A stretch of DNA of 64,000 nucleotides from Vulcanimicrobiota bacterium. Its GTDB lineage: Bacteria; Vulcanimicrobiota; Vulcanimicrobiia; Vulcanimicrobiales; Vulcanimicrobiaceae. This document shows, one piece after another, positions 10,186 through 24,101 of the stretch. The stretch is from positions 55,826-119,825 of the forward strand of contig CAWKOF010000007.1 in NCBI GenBank assembly GCA_963851255.1, in the 5' to 3' direction. Each line of letters starts with the position of its first letter. Positions within the stretch are counted from its first letter, which is position 1. The notes below the pieces were generated by a model that was not told the origin of the DNA, did no database searches, and worked only from the letters and a program-made list of their open reading frames with translations. The translations under genes and the position numbers were made by a program.

Positions 10186-10660
10186 GACGAATATGGTGAT
10201 GATTAACCACGAGCTGGACGAGCTCGACCTCCAACTCCTCGACGCGTTGCAACGCAACGCGCGATCGACCTTTACCGAGCTGGCCGCGCTGGTCGGGCTC
10301 AAGGCCCCGGCGGTCCACGACCGAGTGAAGCGACTCGAACAGCGGGGTTACATCCGCGGTTATTCGGCGCTCCTCGATGCCGAGCGACTCGGACTTCATT
10401 TGACAGCCTTCGTGAGCTGCTACACCTCACCCGACTGCGCGTACGACGATTTCACGCGACGGCTCAGCGAAATGCCCGAAATCTGCGAAGTGCACTCGGT
10501 CGCAGGCGAAGAGAGCTTCGTCTGCAAGGTCGTCACTCGTTCAACCCAGCATCTCGACGAGTTGCTCGCTCGGCTCAAGGCGACGCCGGGAATGGCGCGG
10601 ACTCGTACCACGGTCGTGCTCAGCATGCCGTTCGAGCGCGGCGGCGTGACGGTCCGTTAG
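10184..10660 (+). CDS. Lrp/AsnC family transcriptional regulator
   Basis: About 158 aa. N-terminal HTH LDELDLQLLDALQRNARSTFTELAALVGLKAPAVHDRVKRLEQRGYI, then an AsnC-type effector domain. Start uncertain (ATG at 10184, 10193 or 10199). Confidence 0.85.
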   Translation: MTNMVMINHELDELDLQLLDALQRNARSTFTELAALVGLKAPAVHDRVKRLEQRGYIRGYSALLDAERLGLHLTAFVSCYTSPDCAYDDFTRRLSEMPEICEVHSVAGEESFVCKVVTRSTQHLDELLARLKATPGMARTRTTVVLSMPFERGGVTVR

Positions 10661-10661
10661 C

Positions 10662-11719
10662 GTGCAGATCTCGTACTCCCATCCGCTCGGAGCGCATCGG
10701 GTGCTCGAACCGGCCGGCGCCATGCCGCAAGATGCATGGCGAATCGACAACACTCCGGTCGCCCGCGAGAACGAGATACTCTGCGAGGTCAACGTACTCA
10801 ACATCGATTCGGCGTCGTTTCGGCAGATCGCCGAGGTGTGCCATCTCGATCCTCGACGAATCGGCGAGCACGTAACGAAGACGGTTGGCGAACGCGGAAA
10901 GCAGCACAATCCCGTGACTGGAAGCGGCGGTATGTTCGTCGGGCGCGTGCTCGAGATCGGAAACGCGTTGCAGGGTAAAATTGACCTCCGTGTCGGCGAT
11001 CGCATCGCGTCACTCGTCTCGCTGAGCCTGACGCCGTTGCACGTCGAAGCGATCGAAGAGGTTGACGTCGCGACTGGGCGGATCTGGGTGCGCGGCAAGG
11101 CGATACTTTTTGAGAGCGGAATTTGGGCGCGCCTTCCGGACGATATCGACGAAAACGTCGCGCTCGCGGTGCTGGACGTTGCGGGTGCACCCGCGCAAGT
11201 GCCGCGCCTGTGCTCGCAAGGGCAAACCGTCGTCGTGATTGGTGCCGCCGGTAAGAGCGGTTTGTTCTCGTGCGCACAAGCCAAGGCGTGTGTGGGGTCG
11301 ACGGGGCGCGTGATTGGTCTCGTTCACGATGCGTCGGCGGAGCCGGCGCAGCTCTTAGTGCGAGCGGGATTGGTCGACGATCTGATCGCGGTCGATGCCC
11401 AGCGGGCGCTCGAGACGAGCAGCCGCCTCGAAGCCGTCGCTCCGGAGCTCGCAGACCTTGTGATCAACTGCGTGAACGTGCCCGGAACGGAGCTTTCCTC
11501 GATTCTCTGCACGCGTGACGGCGGAACGGTCTACTTTTTTTCGATGGCGACGTCGTTCACGGCCGCGGCGCTCGGCGCCGAGGGCATCGGCCGCGACGTC
11601 ACGATGATCATCGGAAACGGCTATGCAAAAGACCACGCCGCTATCGCGCTGCAGACCCTGCGCAACCACCCGGACTTGCTCGCATACTTCAATGCGAAAT
11701 ACAAAAAAGGAACGACGAC

Positions 11720-11723
<4 letters not shown>
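10662..11723 (+). CDS. kdd: L-erythro-3,5-diaminohexanoate dehydrogenase-like protein
   Basis: 353 aa with GTG start. N-terminal region HRVLEPAGAMPQDAW...NEILCEVNVLNIDSASFRQI...GKQHNPVTGSGGMFVGRV matches my recollection of Kdd from lysine fermenters. Adjacent and overlapping to kamA. Confidence 0.7.
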
Positions 11724-13102
<1,379 letters not shown>

Positions 13103-13126
13103 CCCAAAGAGAAGGAGAGGTCATCA

Positions 13127-15070
13127 ATGCATACTTCGGCAGTTCGCAGCAGACTCGCCTTAACGACGCTTGCGGTCTTGGTATTCGCTGCGCCCATTGC
13201 GGCTCGGGCCGATCTGCCGCCGCTGATTCCGCGCGCCGTGCTATTTGGGAACCCTCAAAAAGCCTCACCGGCGATTTCACCGGACGGAACGCTGCTGGCT
13301 TACCTCGCGCCGTACAATGGGGTGCTCTCGATTTGGGTGCGCACGATCGGCAAGAGCGACGACCGCGTCGTCGCGACGGACCCGGCGCGTCCCATCCGCA
13401 ACGTCGTTTGGCAGCCCGATGCGAAGCACGTGCTCTACGAGCAAGACAAGGGCGGCAACGAAAACTTTCACGTCTATCAGGCGAACATCGCGACCAAAGC
13501 GACCCGCGATCTTACGCCTTTCGGCGACAAGGTCCGATCCGACATCGAGAGCGTCGACCCGCGTTTTCCCAACGAGATCCTGGTCACGTCGAACAAGCGC
13601 GACCCCAACGTCTTCGACGTCTATCGAGTTAACGTCATGACGGGCGTCGCGACGCTCGATACGCAGAATCCGGGAAGCGTCGGCGGCTGGGCGGAGGACA
13701 ACAACCTCGTCGTCCGCGCCGCGCTGCAGAATAACTCCGACGGATCGAACGAGATCTTGGTTCGTCCGAATGCATCGTCTCCGTGGCACTCGCTGCTGAA
13801 AGCATCGGCCGACGACCAGATCGCACCGGTGGCGTTCAGCGCGGATAATCGTTCGCTCTACGTTTCGTCGAGCGTCAGCACGAACTCGGCGCGCCTACTG
13901 CTCTACGATTTGAGCAGCGGTCAGTTCACGGTCGTAGCCTCAGACCCGACCTACGACGTCGGAGGCCCGCTGATCGATGCAGAATCCAGAAAACTGGCCG
14001 CCGTTTCGTTCGAGCGCGACCGATCCGAGTGGGACGTGCTGGATCCATCGTACGAAGCCGATTTTGCGGCACTGCGGCAACTGCACCCCGGTGACTTCGG
14101 GTTCCTTAGCAGCACCGCCAACGGCCGGCGCTTGATCGTCAACTACGTCGTCGACGACGGGCCGGTTTCTTATTACTCGTACGACCGCACCACGAAGCAG
14201 GGAACGTTTCTCTTCGTCTCACGCCCGGCGTTGCTGAACTACAAGCTCGCCCCGATGCAGCCCATTACCTACACGGCGAGCGACGGGATCACGATTCACG
14301 GTTATCTCACGCTTCCGGTCGGAGTTCCACCGAAAAATCTTCCGATGGTGTTATACGTGCACGGCGGTCCATGGGCACGCGATCTGTGGGGTTACACCCC
14401 CTACGTGCAGTGGCTAGCCAATCGCGGTTATGCCGTTTTACAAGTGAACTTCCGCGGCTCAACCGGCTACGGGAAGAGCTTCCTCAATGCCGGGAATCGC
14501 CAATGGGCCGGCGCGATGCATCAGGATCTCATCGACGCCAAGCACTGGGCGGTCGCCCAAGGGTACGCCAATCCGTCCAAGGTCGCGATCATGGGCGGCA
14601 GCTACGGAGGCTACGCGACGCTTGCGGGTGTCACGTTCTCGCCCGATGCCTTCGCGGCGGGCGTCGACATCGTCGGGCCGTCGAACTTGAATACCCTGCT
14701 GCAAGCGATTCCGCCCTACTGGTCGACGGTCCGCGCGACCTTTGCCTTGCGGATGGGAGACACGGTCGATTTTCTGAACTCGCAATCGCCGCTCTTTTTG
14801 GCCGATAAGATCAAGGTCCCACTGTTGATCGGGCAGGGTGCAAACGATCCGCGCGTTAACAAGCGCGAGAGCGACCAGATCGTCGCCGCGATGCGCAAGA
14901 ACAACGAGCCGGTCGAATACATCGTCTTTCCAGACGAGGGTCACGGCTTTGCGCGCCCGGAGAATACCCGCCGCTTCAACGCCGCCGTGGAAGGTTTCTT
15001 AGGGAAATATCTGGGCGGACGCGTCGAGCCGGCGGGACCCGACGAGAGCGTTACGGCCTTCGAGCACTGA
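13127..15070 (+). CDS. Secreted S9 family serine peptidase (prolyl oligopeptidase/dipeptidyl peptidase type)
   Basis: 647 aa. Signal peptide, beta-propeller-like N-terminal half, catalytic GGSYGGY nucleophile elbow, and C-terminal DEGHGF. Confidence 0.85.
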   Translation: MHTSAVRSRLALTTLAVLVFAAPIAARADLPPLIPRAVLFGNPQKASPAISPDGTLLAYLAPYNGVLSIWVRTIGKSDDRVVATDPARPIRNVVWQPDAKHVLYEQDKGGNENFHVYQANIATKATRDLTPFGDKVRSDIESVDPRFPNEILVTSNKRDPNVFDVYRVNVMTGVATLDTQNPGSVGGWAEDNNLVVRAALQNNSDGSNEILVRPNASSPWHSLLKASADDQIAPVAFSADNRSLYVSSSVSTNSARLLLYDLSSGQFTVVASDPTYDVGGPLIDAESRKLAAVSFERDRSEWDVLDPSYEADFAALRQLHPGDFGFLSSTANGRRLIVNYVVDDGPVSYYSYDRTTKQGTFLFVSRPALLNYKLAPMQPITYTASDGITIHGYLTLPVGVPPKNLPMVLYVHGGPWARDLWGYTPYVQWLANRGYAVLQVNFRGSTGYGKSFLNAGNRQWAGAMHQDLIDAKHWAVAQGYANPSKVAIMGGSYGGYATLAGVTFSPDAFAAGVDIVGPSNLNTLLQAIPPYWSTVRATFALRMGDTVDFLNSQSPLFLADKIKVPLLIGQGANDPRVNKRESDQIVAAMRKNNEPVEYIVFPDEGHGFARPENTRRFNAAVEGFLGKYLGGRVEPAGPDESVTAFEH

Positions 15071-15085
15071 TTCGCTCGTCGTAAC

Positions 15086-16414
15086 TTACGCACGTAGATT
15101 TGCAAACAACATCACGGGGCCGGCGGGACGCAGCGTCACTAACGGAGCGACGCGCACCGGCGGCCCGGGTGCCGGCGTAAAGCTAAACCGCTGCAGCAGC
15201 GTTCGCAATACGATCGCGGCTTCGTGGCGAGCAAAATCTTCGCCGATACAGCGTCGCGCACCGGCGCCGAACGGGACGTACGCGAAGGGCGGCGGCTCCG
15301 CACCGAGCCAACGGTCCGGATCGAACTTGTCAGGATCGGGAAAGTTATCTTTACGGCGATGTAAGAGAAGCGGCGCTAGAAAGACCGTCATCTTCGCCGG
15401 AATGCTGGTCCCGTCACTCAACGTTACCGCGCGCAGCGATTCACGGCCGATGATCCAGGCCGGCGGGTAGAGCCGCAAAACCTCCTTGATGAGCCGATCG
15501 ATGTAGTCGCGATCTCCTGAACGCGCGGCGTCGCCCGCAAGCGCGTCAATCTGCGGATGCTGCGCCAAGAGATAGAGCGCCCACGTCAACAAGTTCGCGG
15601 TCGTTTCGTGACCGGCGATGAAGAGCGTCATGATCTCGTCGCGAACCCTACGACTACGCTCCGCCTCGCGAGGCTCGGAGTCGCTGCGCTGGGGATGGCA
15701 CGACGGTGTTTCCGCTTCATCAGCGGCGAGGAGTAGTGAAAGTGCGTCGGTGCGATCGCTGCCGTCGCGCCGCCTGCGGGCGATCAGCGCGTAAATGATC
15801 GCGTCGAGCACGCGACGCGCGTGCCAGAAGCGCCGCGTGCTGCGTAGCGGCAGCCGCTGGCGGAGCGCGCCGAGCGGCGTGAGCATCGCAGGAAACTCGT
15901 TCATCATCAGGTGCAGCGCCTCCGCAACCGCCTGCGCAGAATCGCTCTCGTCGCTGCCAAAGAGTGTCTCGCTGGCGATGCGAAGCGTCAGCCCGGTCAT
16001 TGCCGCGTGCGCGTCGAAAGCACCAGGACGCAGTCGCTGCGTAAACTCAAGCGCGTCGCCCTCCATTATTCGCGCGTACTCTGCGATGCGCTCGCGGTGA
16101 AAAGCCGGCTGTACGACGCGTCGCATCTGCCGATGGAGCGGATCTTCGCTCGTTAGCAACCCGTCGCCGAGCAGCAACCGCAACACCCGCGTGCCGAGCG
16201 ATTTCGAGAAGGCGTGCTGCTGGGTAACCAAGACATCCTTGATCAACGCGGGATCGTTGATGAAGACGTAGCCGCGCCATGGCAGCGAAAAAGCGACCAC
16301 GTTGCCGTAACGCGCGCCGATTGCGCTCAAGAAATCGGGGAACCGCCGAAACGGCACGGGAAGCAGCCCGCGCAGTGTGGCGATGCGACCTGGCCCTGGT
16401 ATCTTATTTCGCAT
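15086..16414 (-). CDS. Cytochrome P450
   Basis: 442 aa. Heme-binding loop FGAGARRCIGEDFA, I-helix AGHETT, EXXR (EVLR). Confidence 0.9.
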   Translation of the reverse strand: MRNKIPGPGRIATLRGLLPVPFRRFPDFLSAIGARYGNVVAFSLPWRGYVFINDPALIKDVLVTQQHAFSKSLGTRVLRLLLGDGLLTSEDPLHRQMRRVVQPAFHRERIAEYARIMEGDALEFTQRLRPGAFDAHAAMTGLTLRIASETLFGSDESDSAQAVAEALHLMMNEFPAMLTPLGALRQRLPLRSTRRFWHARRVLDAIIYALIARRRRDGSDRTDALSLLLAADEAETPSCHPQRSDSEPREAERSRRVRDEIMTLFIAGHETTANLLTWALYLLAQHPQIDALAGDAARSGDRDYIDRLIKEVLRLYPPAWIIGRESLRAVTLSDGTSIPAKMTVFLAPLLLHRRKDNFPDPDKFDPDRWLGAEPPPFAYVPFGAGARRCIGEDFARHEAAIVLRTLLQRFSFTPAPGPPVRVAPLVTLRPAGPVMLFANLRA

Positions 16415-17831
16415 GGACTGCCTCGTACGTCAAGACGTCGCCGAATCGGCAGGCGACCCGATACTCGCCGCGGGTAACTTCCCGGCTAATTTTTGGCCAT
16501 AGACGCACTTGATTGGGGTCGCTCGAAAAATCGGCGGCGTACACGAGATACTGGACGCCATCAGCCCGATCGATCGTCGCGCGAGGCCGCTGCGCCGCGA
16601 CCGCGGAGAACCATTCATCGTAGGTTGCAAACGATGCGGTCTTCGGAACACAGCCGATCGCCCGGCGCGCATCGCCCAAGTCGTGATAGTACGGATGCAG
16701 GTAGTGCAGCGGGTGCATCGGATCGAAGGCGATGAGAAAGACGACGCAGAGAACGCCTGCGACCGCCGTGACGCGCGCCGCGGAGCGACCACCGGCACGG
16801 CGCGCTAGCGAGGCGACGCCGGCAATCGTCGCGACGAGCAACCACGGAATCCAAAGAGCCGCGTAGTGATCTCCCATTCGCCAGACGTACCCGGAGTTGG
16901 CTAGCAGCACGATCGCGGCGCCGGGCAGCGCCAGCAGCACCCACCACGAACGCAACGGCAGAAAGGCAAGCGGCACCAGCGCCTCGAGCACGTAGGTCAG
17001 GCGTCCAAAGGTGAAAATTGCGCGCGCGAACTCTAGCGGGTGCACGATCGGTGAGACGATCAACGCGAGCGGACCGTCGGCAAATGGGTACACGTAAAAG
17101 TGGCTTGGAACCCATCCTCCCAACCGCGGCGTGACGACCGCATAATACACCGCCAACGCCGCCAACGCCCCGGCGGTCAGCGCCGAGCCGGCGATCGCGA
17201 GGCGGCGCGGAACGCTCGCGACGCCATCGAGCAAGCCGCGACCCTCCTTCGATGAGCTCAGGATGACAGGGCGTGGTTTGTGCAGCGCGATCGCGATCAG
17301 GACGATCCCAAAGACGACGAGCGTCAGCGCAACGTCCTCGCGCAACCCGATCGCGACAATCGCGCAGGCCGCAAACCAAATCCAGCGCCCCCGGTCGGCA
17401 GCGAGAACGAGCCCCAGCGCGAGCGGCGTGAAAAGCCCCAGCTCGTGAAACTCGTCGAAGCCCAGCGCGAGCAGCGGCGGATAGAGCAGCGTGAGCAAGC
17501 CGAGACCATCAGCAAGCCGCGTCTCGACGTACGGCCGTGCAAGCGATGCGACCAGCGGCGCGCACGCGACCGTCGCCGCGGCTTGCACGAGTTGGAGCGG
17601 CAACGCGCTGCGCGTCACGGCGACGAATGGCCAGAGCAACGCGAGCGACGGAGACCAATGATAGCGAAAATGCGATCCGGCTTCCACGCCGTTGCGCATG
17701 CCACCGAACGCGTCGGCGACGATCTGCGCGAAGGTGCCGGTATCGGAGCCGTAGGTCCAGAGCTTCGCCCGCACCACCGCGAGCGCCGCGAGCACGACGA
17801 ACTCGATACCGCACCAGAACCAAAGATTCAC
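16404..17831 (-). CDS. Polytopic membrane protein, DUF2079-like
   Basis: The ORF runs to 18251, but its upstream 140 codons are antisense to LOG. A GTG at 17831 starts directly at the first TM (VNLWFWCGIEFVVLAAL). Many TM helices, and a SDTGTFAQ...HFRYHWSP motif like DUF2079. Overlaps the P450 start by 11 nt. Confidence 0.6.
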   Translation of the reverse strand: MNLWFWCGIEFVVLAALAVVRAKLWTYGSDTGTFAQIVADAFGGMRNGVEAGSHFRYHWSPSLALLWPFVAVTRSALPLQLVQAAATVACAPLVASLARPYVETRLADGLGLLTLLYPPLLALGFDEFHELGLFTPLALGLVLAADRGRWIWFAACAIVAIGLREDVALTLVVFGIVLIAIALHKPRPVILSSSKEGRGLLDGVASVPRRLAIAGSALTAGALAALAVYYAVVTPRLGGWVPSHFYVYPFADGPLALIVSPIVHPLEFARAIFTFGRLTYVLEALVPLAFLPLRSWWVLLALPGAAIVLLANSGYVWRMGDHYAALWIPWLLVATIAGVASLARRAGGRSAARVTAVAGVLCVVFLIAFDPMHPLHYLHPYYHDLGDARRAIGCVPKTASFATYDEWFSAVAAQRPRATIDRADGVQYLVYAADFSSDPNQVRLWPKISREVTRGEYRVACRFGDVLTYEAVHAK

Positions 17832-17876
17832 CTGCAGGCTCCGAGCGGCGCTTCGACCAAGCGCGCGAAGCGATGA

Positions 17877-18425
17877 GTACGAATTTGCGTCTTCTGCGGC
17901 TCCCACGAGGGCAACGACCCCTCGTACGCGCAGGTCGCGCGCAAAACCGCCGAGGCGATCGTCGCCGGAGGCTACGGCGTCGTCTACGGCGGCGGCGGAA
18001 TCGGTCTGATGAAGGTCGTCGCCGACACGGCACTGGAAGCCGGCGGCGAGGTTATCGGCGTCATTCCGCACGCGCTGGCGCGCACCGAACAGGCCCACCA
18101 AGGTTTGACCGAGCTTCACGTCGTCGACACGATGCACGAGCGCAAAGCCCTGATGGTGGAGCTCAGCGACGCATTCGTTGCCCTCCCCGGCGGTTACGGC
18201 ACGATGGACGAGTTCTGCGAAGTGCTGACCTGGCGACAGCTTCGAATTCACGACAAGCCGATCGGACTTCTCAACTACCGCGGCTATTACGACGCATTAC
18301 TGGCGCTCTTCGACTCGATGGTCCGCGAGGGCTTCATCGGTCCGTACACGCGCAGCCTCTTTGTTGACGCACCGACGATTGAGGAACTCCTCGCAATGAT
18401 GTTCGCAACGAAGAACTTGCCATAA
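17877..18425 (+). CDS. LOG family protein (cytokinin riboside 5'-monophosphate phosphoribohydrolase-like)
   Basis: The in-frame region begins right after the TGA at 17874. Conserved ICVFCGSHEGNDPSY, VYGGGGIGLMK and PGGYGTMDEF motifs. No canonical in-frame start before the ICVFCGS motif (see finding). Confidence 0.75.
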   Translation, partial: VRICVFCGSHEGNDPSYAQVARKTAEAIVAGGYGVVYGGGGIGLMKVVADTALEAGGEVIGVIPHALARTEQAHQGLTELHVVDTMHERKALMVELSDAFVALPGGYGTMDEFCEVLTWRQLRIHDKPIGLLNYRGYYDALLALFDSMVREGFIGPYTRSLFVDAPTIEELLAMMFATKNLP

Positions 18426-18437
18426 GTGCGTAGCCGT

Positions 18438-18552
18438 GTCGCCCTTCGCCCTTCGACTGCGCGCCTGCGGCGCTCCGCTCAGGGTGACACGGTGGGTGGC
18501 GCACTACTCAGGGTGACACGAAGCTCAGGGTGACACGAAGCTCATGGTGACG
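18438..18552. repeat. REP-like composite element with tandem 17-mers
   Basis: GTCGCCCTTCGCCCTTCGACTGCGC + GC hairpin + GCTCAGGGTGACAC, followed by about 2.7 tandem copies of CTCAGGGTGACACGAAG. The first 25 nt are identical to 47563-47587. Lies between convergent 3' ends. Confidence 0.7.
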
Positions 18553-18565
18553 TGGCGCAGCTGAT

Positions 18566-22504
<3,939 letters not shown>

Positions 22505-22546
22505 CTTATCTTTAGGAGGTTCCGGGGCCTACGACATTGCCTGCGG

Positions 22547-23338
22547 CTAAAAGTACTTGGCTGGAAGGGGAGGCATCGACTCGACTACATTCTTTCGAAA
22601 ATGCGGACGCGGATGGCTCAGCACGAATGCCGCAACGTCGTAGGCCTGATCGAGCGAGAGCGTGCCCGGTGCGTTCTTCGGCATGTTGTAACGGATGAAG
22701 CCGGTCATCCGATCGATGTGCGCCATGCCGGCGCCGTCGTTGAAGGAGCGGGCGCCCCAGAGCGGCGGGAAGATCCCGGAGATTCCCTGCCCGTGGGCGC
22801 CGTGACAGCTCGCGCAGTTCGTCGCAAAGGACGCTGCGCCGCGCGCCGCGTCCGGTGACGCGGTGGGCAGCGGCTGGATGTAACGGTCGGATGCCGGCTG
22901 CTTCGCACCGATCGGAGTTCCTCGCGAGAGCCACGCAACGTAGGCGACCAGCGCGATCATCGGTTTACTGTTATAGGCGGGCGCTCGGCCGTTCATGCTA
23001 TAGAGAAAACATTCCGCGATGCGGTCCTGCAGGGCGATCACGCGGTGCGCGCGTTTGTTCCATTGCGGAAAGCGCGCGTAAGTACCGACGAAGCTTCCGC
23101 CGCGCAGCTGCGTGCCGGCGGCGATGTGGCAGTCGGCGCATTGCATATCGGCGCGCACGAATCGCTTCATCAAACGATGGGTCTTTACCATGATAGCGTG
23201 ACCGTCGGCGATCGACTTGCCGACCGGTCCGCTCGGAAGTGCGTGCGGATCGTAAAGCGCTTGGGCGTGGTGTGAAGCCCCCCCGGCACACGCACCGAGC
23301 GCGAGCGCGAACGTCGTTCCAAATAGGCGGCGTTTCAC
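22547..23338 (-). CDS. Diheme c-type cytochrome (TsdA-like), exported
   Basis: 263 aa. Signal/lipobox-like ALALGAC, two heme motifs CADCH and CASCH, and an FPPLWG..SFNDGAGM motif. GTG start overlaps the upstream stop (GTGA). Confidence 0.8.
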   Translation of the reverse strand: MKRRLFGTTFALALGACAGGASHHAQALYDPHALPSGPVGKSIADGHAIMVKTHRLMKRFVRADMQCADCHIAAGTQLRGGSFVGTYARFPQWNKRAHRVIALQDRIAECFLYSMNGRAPAYNSKPMIALVAYVAWLSRGTPIGAKQPASDRYIQPLPTASPDAARGAASFATNCASCHGAHGQGISGIFPPLWGARSFNDGAGMAHIDRMTGFIRYNMPKNAPGTLSLDQAYDVAAFVLSHPRPHFRKNVVESMPPLPAKYF

Positions 23339-24036
23339 AGCGGCGTCAGATATGCGTAGCCGTATCTACTCTGCAGCACCGCGATCGTTGCGACCATTGA
23401 CGGCACGACGAGCGCGCCTGCAATCAAGTGCGCGAGGATGTCGCCGGCAACGTCGGTTGCAGTCATGCCGGCCGGCGCAAAACCTCGCTTCACGATCGCA
23501 CGTGCTTGCTCCTCAACCGCGGTGTGACACGTTAGAACGATCATGCCCCGGCGCTGCAACGTCGCGATCGAGGTATCCTGGTACATGCTCGCATCGTCGT
23601 CCGGATCCGCATGCGGATCGAACGTCGCGCGCTCGTTCACGTAGACGTTGGTGAGGACCGGCTGGCCGGCCGCGTCGCGAAGCTTCAAAAACTCTCCGAG
23701 CCGGTATTTCTGCCAAACGTAGTCACTGTAGCCATAGACCGACGAGGGGCCGTGACCCGCGAGCGCGATCGCAATCGTGCCGGCCGGATAGCCGAAGCCG
23801 AACTGCAACCCGTTGAACGAGTTCTTGACGCTGCCGAGCACCGCGGGCTCGAACGTAACGGCCTCGTAGAGCTGGCGTATCTGCGCCGTCCGGCCCACGA
23901 CCGCCGCGAAAGATTGCTCGTCGAAGTCGGCACGTCGCTCGACCCGATGGACTCCGCCCGGGACCGCCGCCTGGGCTAACGCCGGAGCGGCAGCGACCGA
24001 GACGGAGCTTGCCAAGAAGAAGCCTCTTCTATTCAT
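23335..24036 (-). CDS. Tat-exported protein of unknown function
   Basis: I prefer Met at 24036, giving the twin-arginine leader MNRRGFFLASSVSVAAAPALAQA. 233 aa. Translationally coupled to the cytochrome c gene. Confidence 0.6.
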   Translation of the reverse strand: MNRRGFFLASSVSVAAAPALAQAAVPGGVHRVERRADFDEQSFAAVVGRTAQIRQLYEAVTFEPAVLGSVKNSFNGLQFGFGYPAGTIAIALAGHGPSSVYGYSDYVWQKYRLGEFLKLRDAAGQPVLTNVYVNERATFDPHADPDDDASMYQDTSIATLQRRGMIVLTCHTAVEEQARAIVKRGFAPAGMTATDVAGDILAHLIAGALVVPSMVATIAVLQSRYGYAYLTPL

Positions 24037-24101
24037 CCCGCAAGCATACACCAAACAGCCGTTCGAGGATTTGACGGCGGCACCGGTCAACTGACCCCAA
24101 G

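Noticed and set aside
10183-10186. Divergent genes whose start codons overlap on a CATG palindrome. This occurs at the SBP/lrp pair here and again at 62948-62951 for the two OM protein genes.
   Set aside because: This is most likely start-codon ambiguity. Lrp has ATGs at 10193 and 10199, and the OM gene has alternative starts at 62958 (plus strand) and GTG 62968 (minus strand). I cannot resolve it without experimental or comparative data.
17832-18251. The upstream 140 codons of the 615-aa ORF 16404-18251.
   Set aside because: This part is antisense to the well-conserved LOG gene and has Arg/Asp/Gly-rich non-protein-like composition. A GTG at 17831 starts exactly at the first TM helix.
18507-18552. 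Tandem 17-nt repeats as a possible mini CRISPR array.
   Set aside because: The repeats are directly adjacent with no spacers, there are only about 2.7 copies, and they are much shorter than CRISPR repeats. They form part of the REP-like element.
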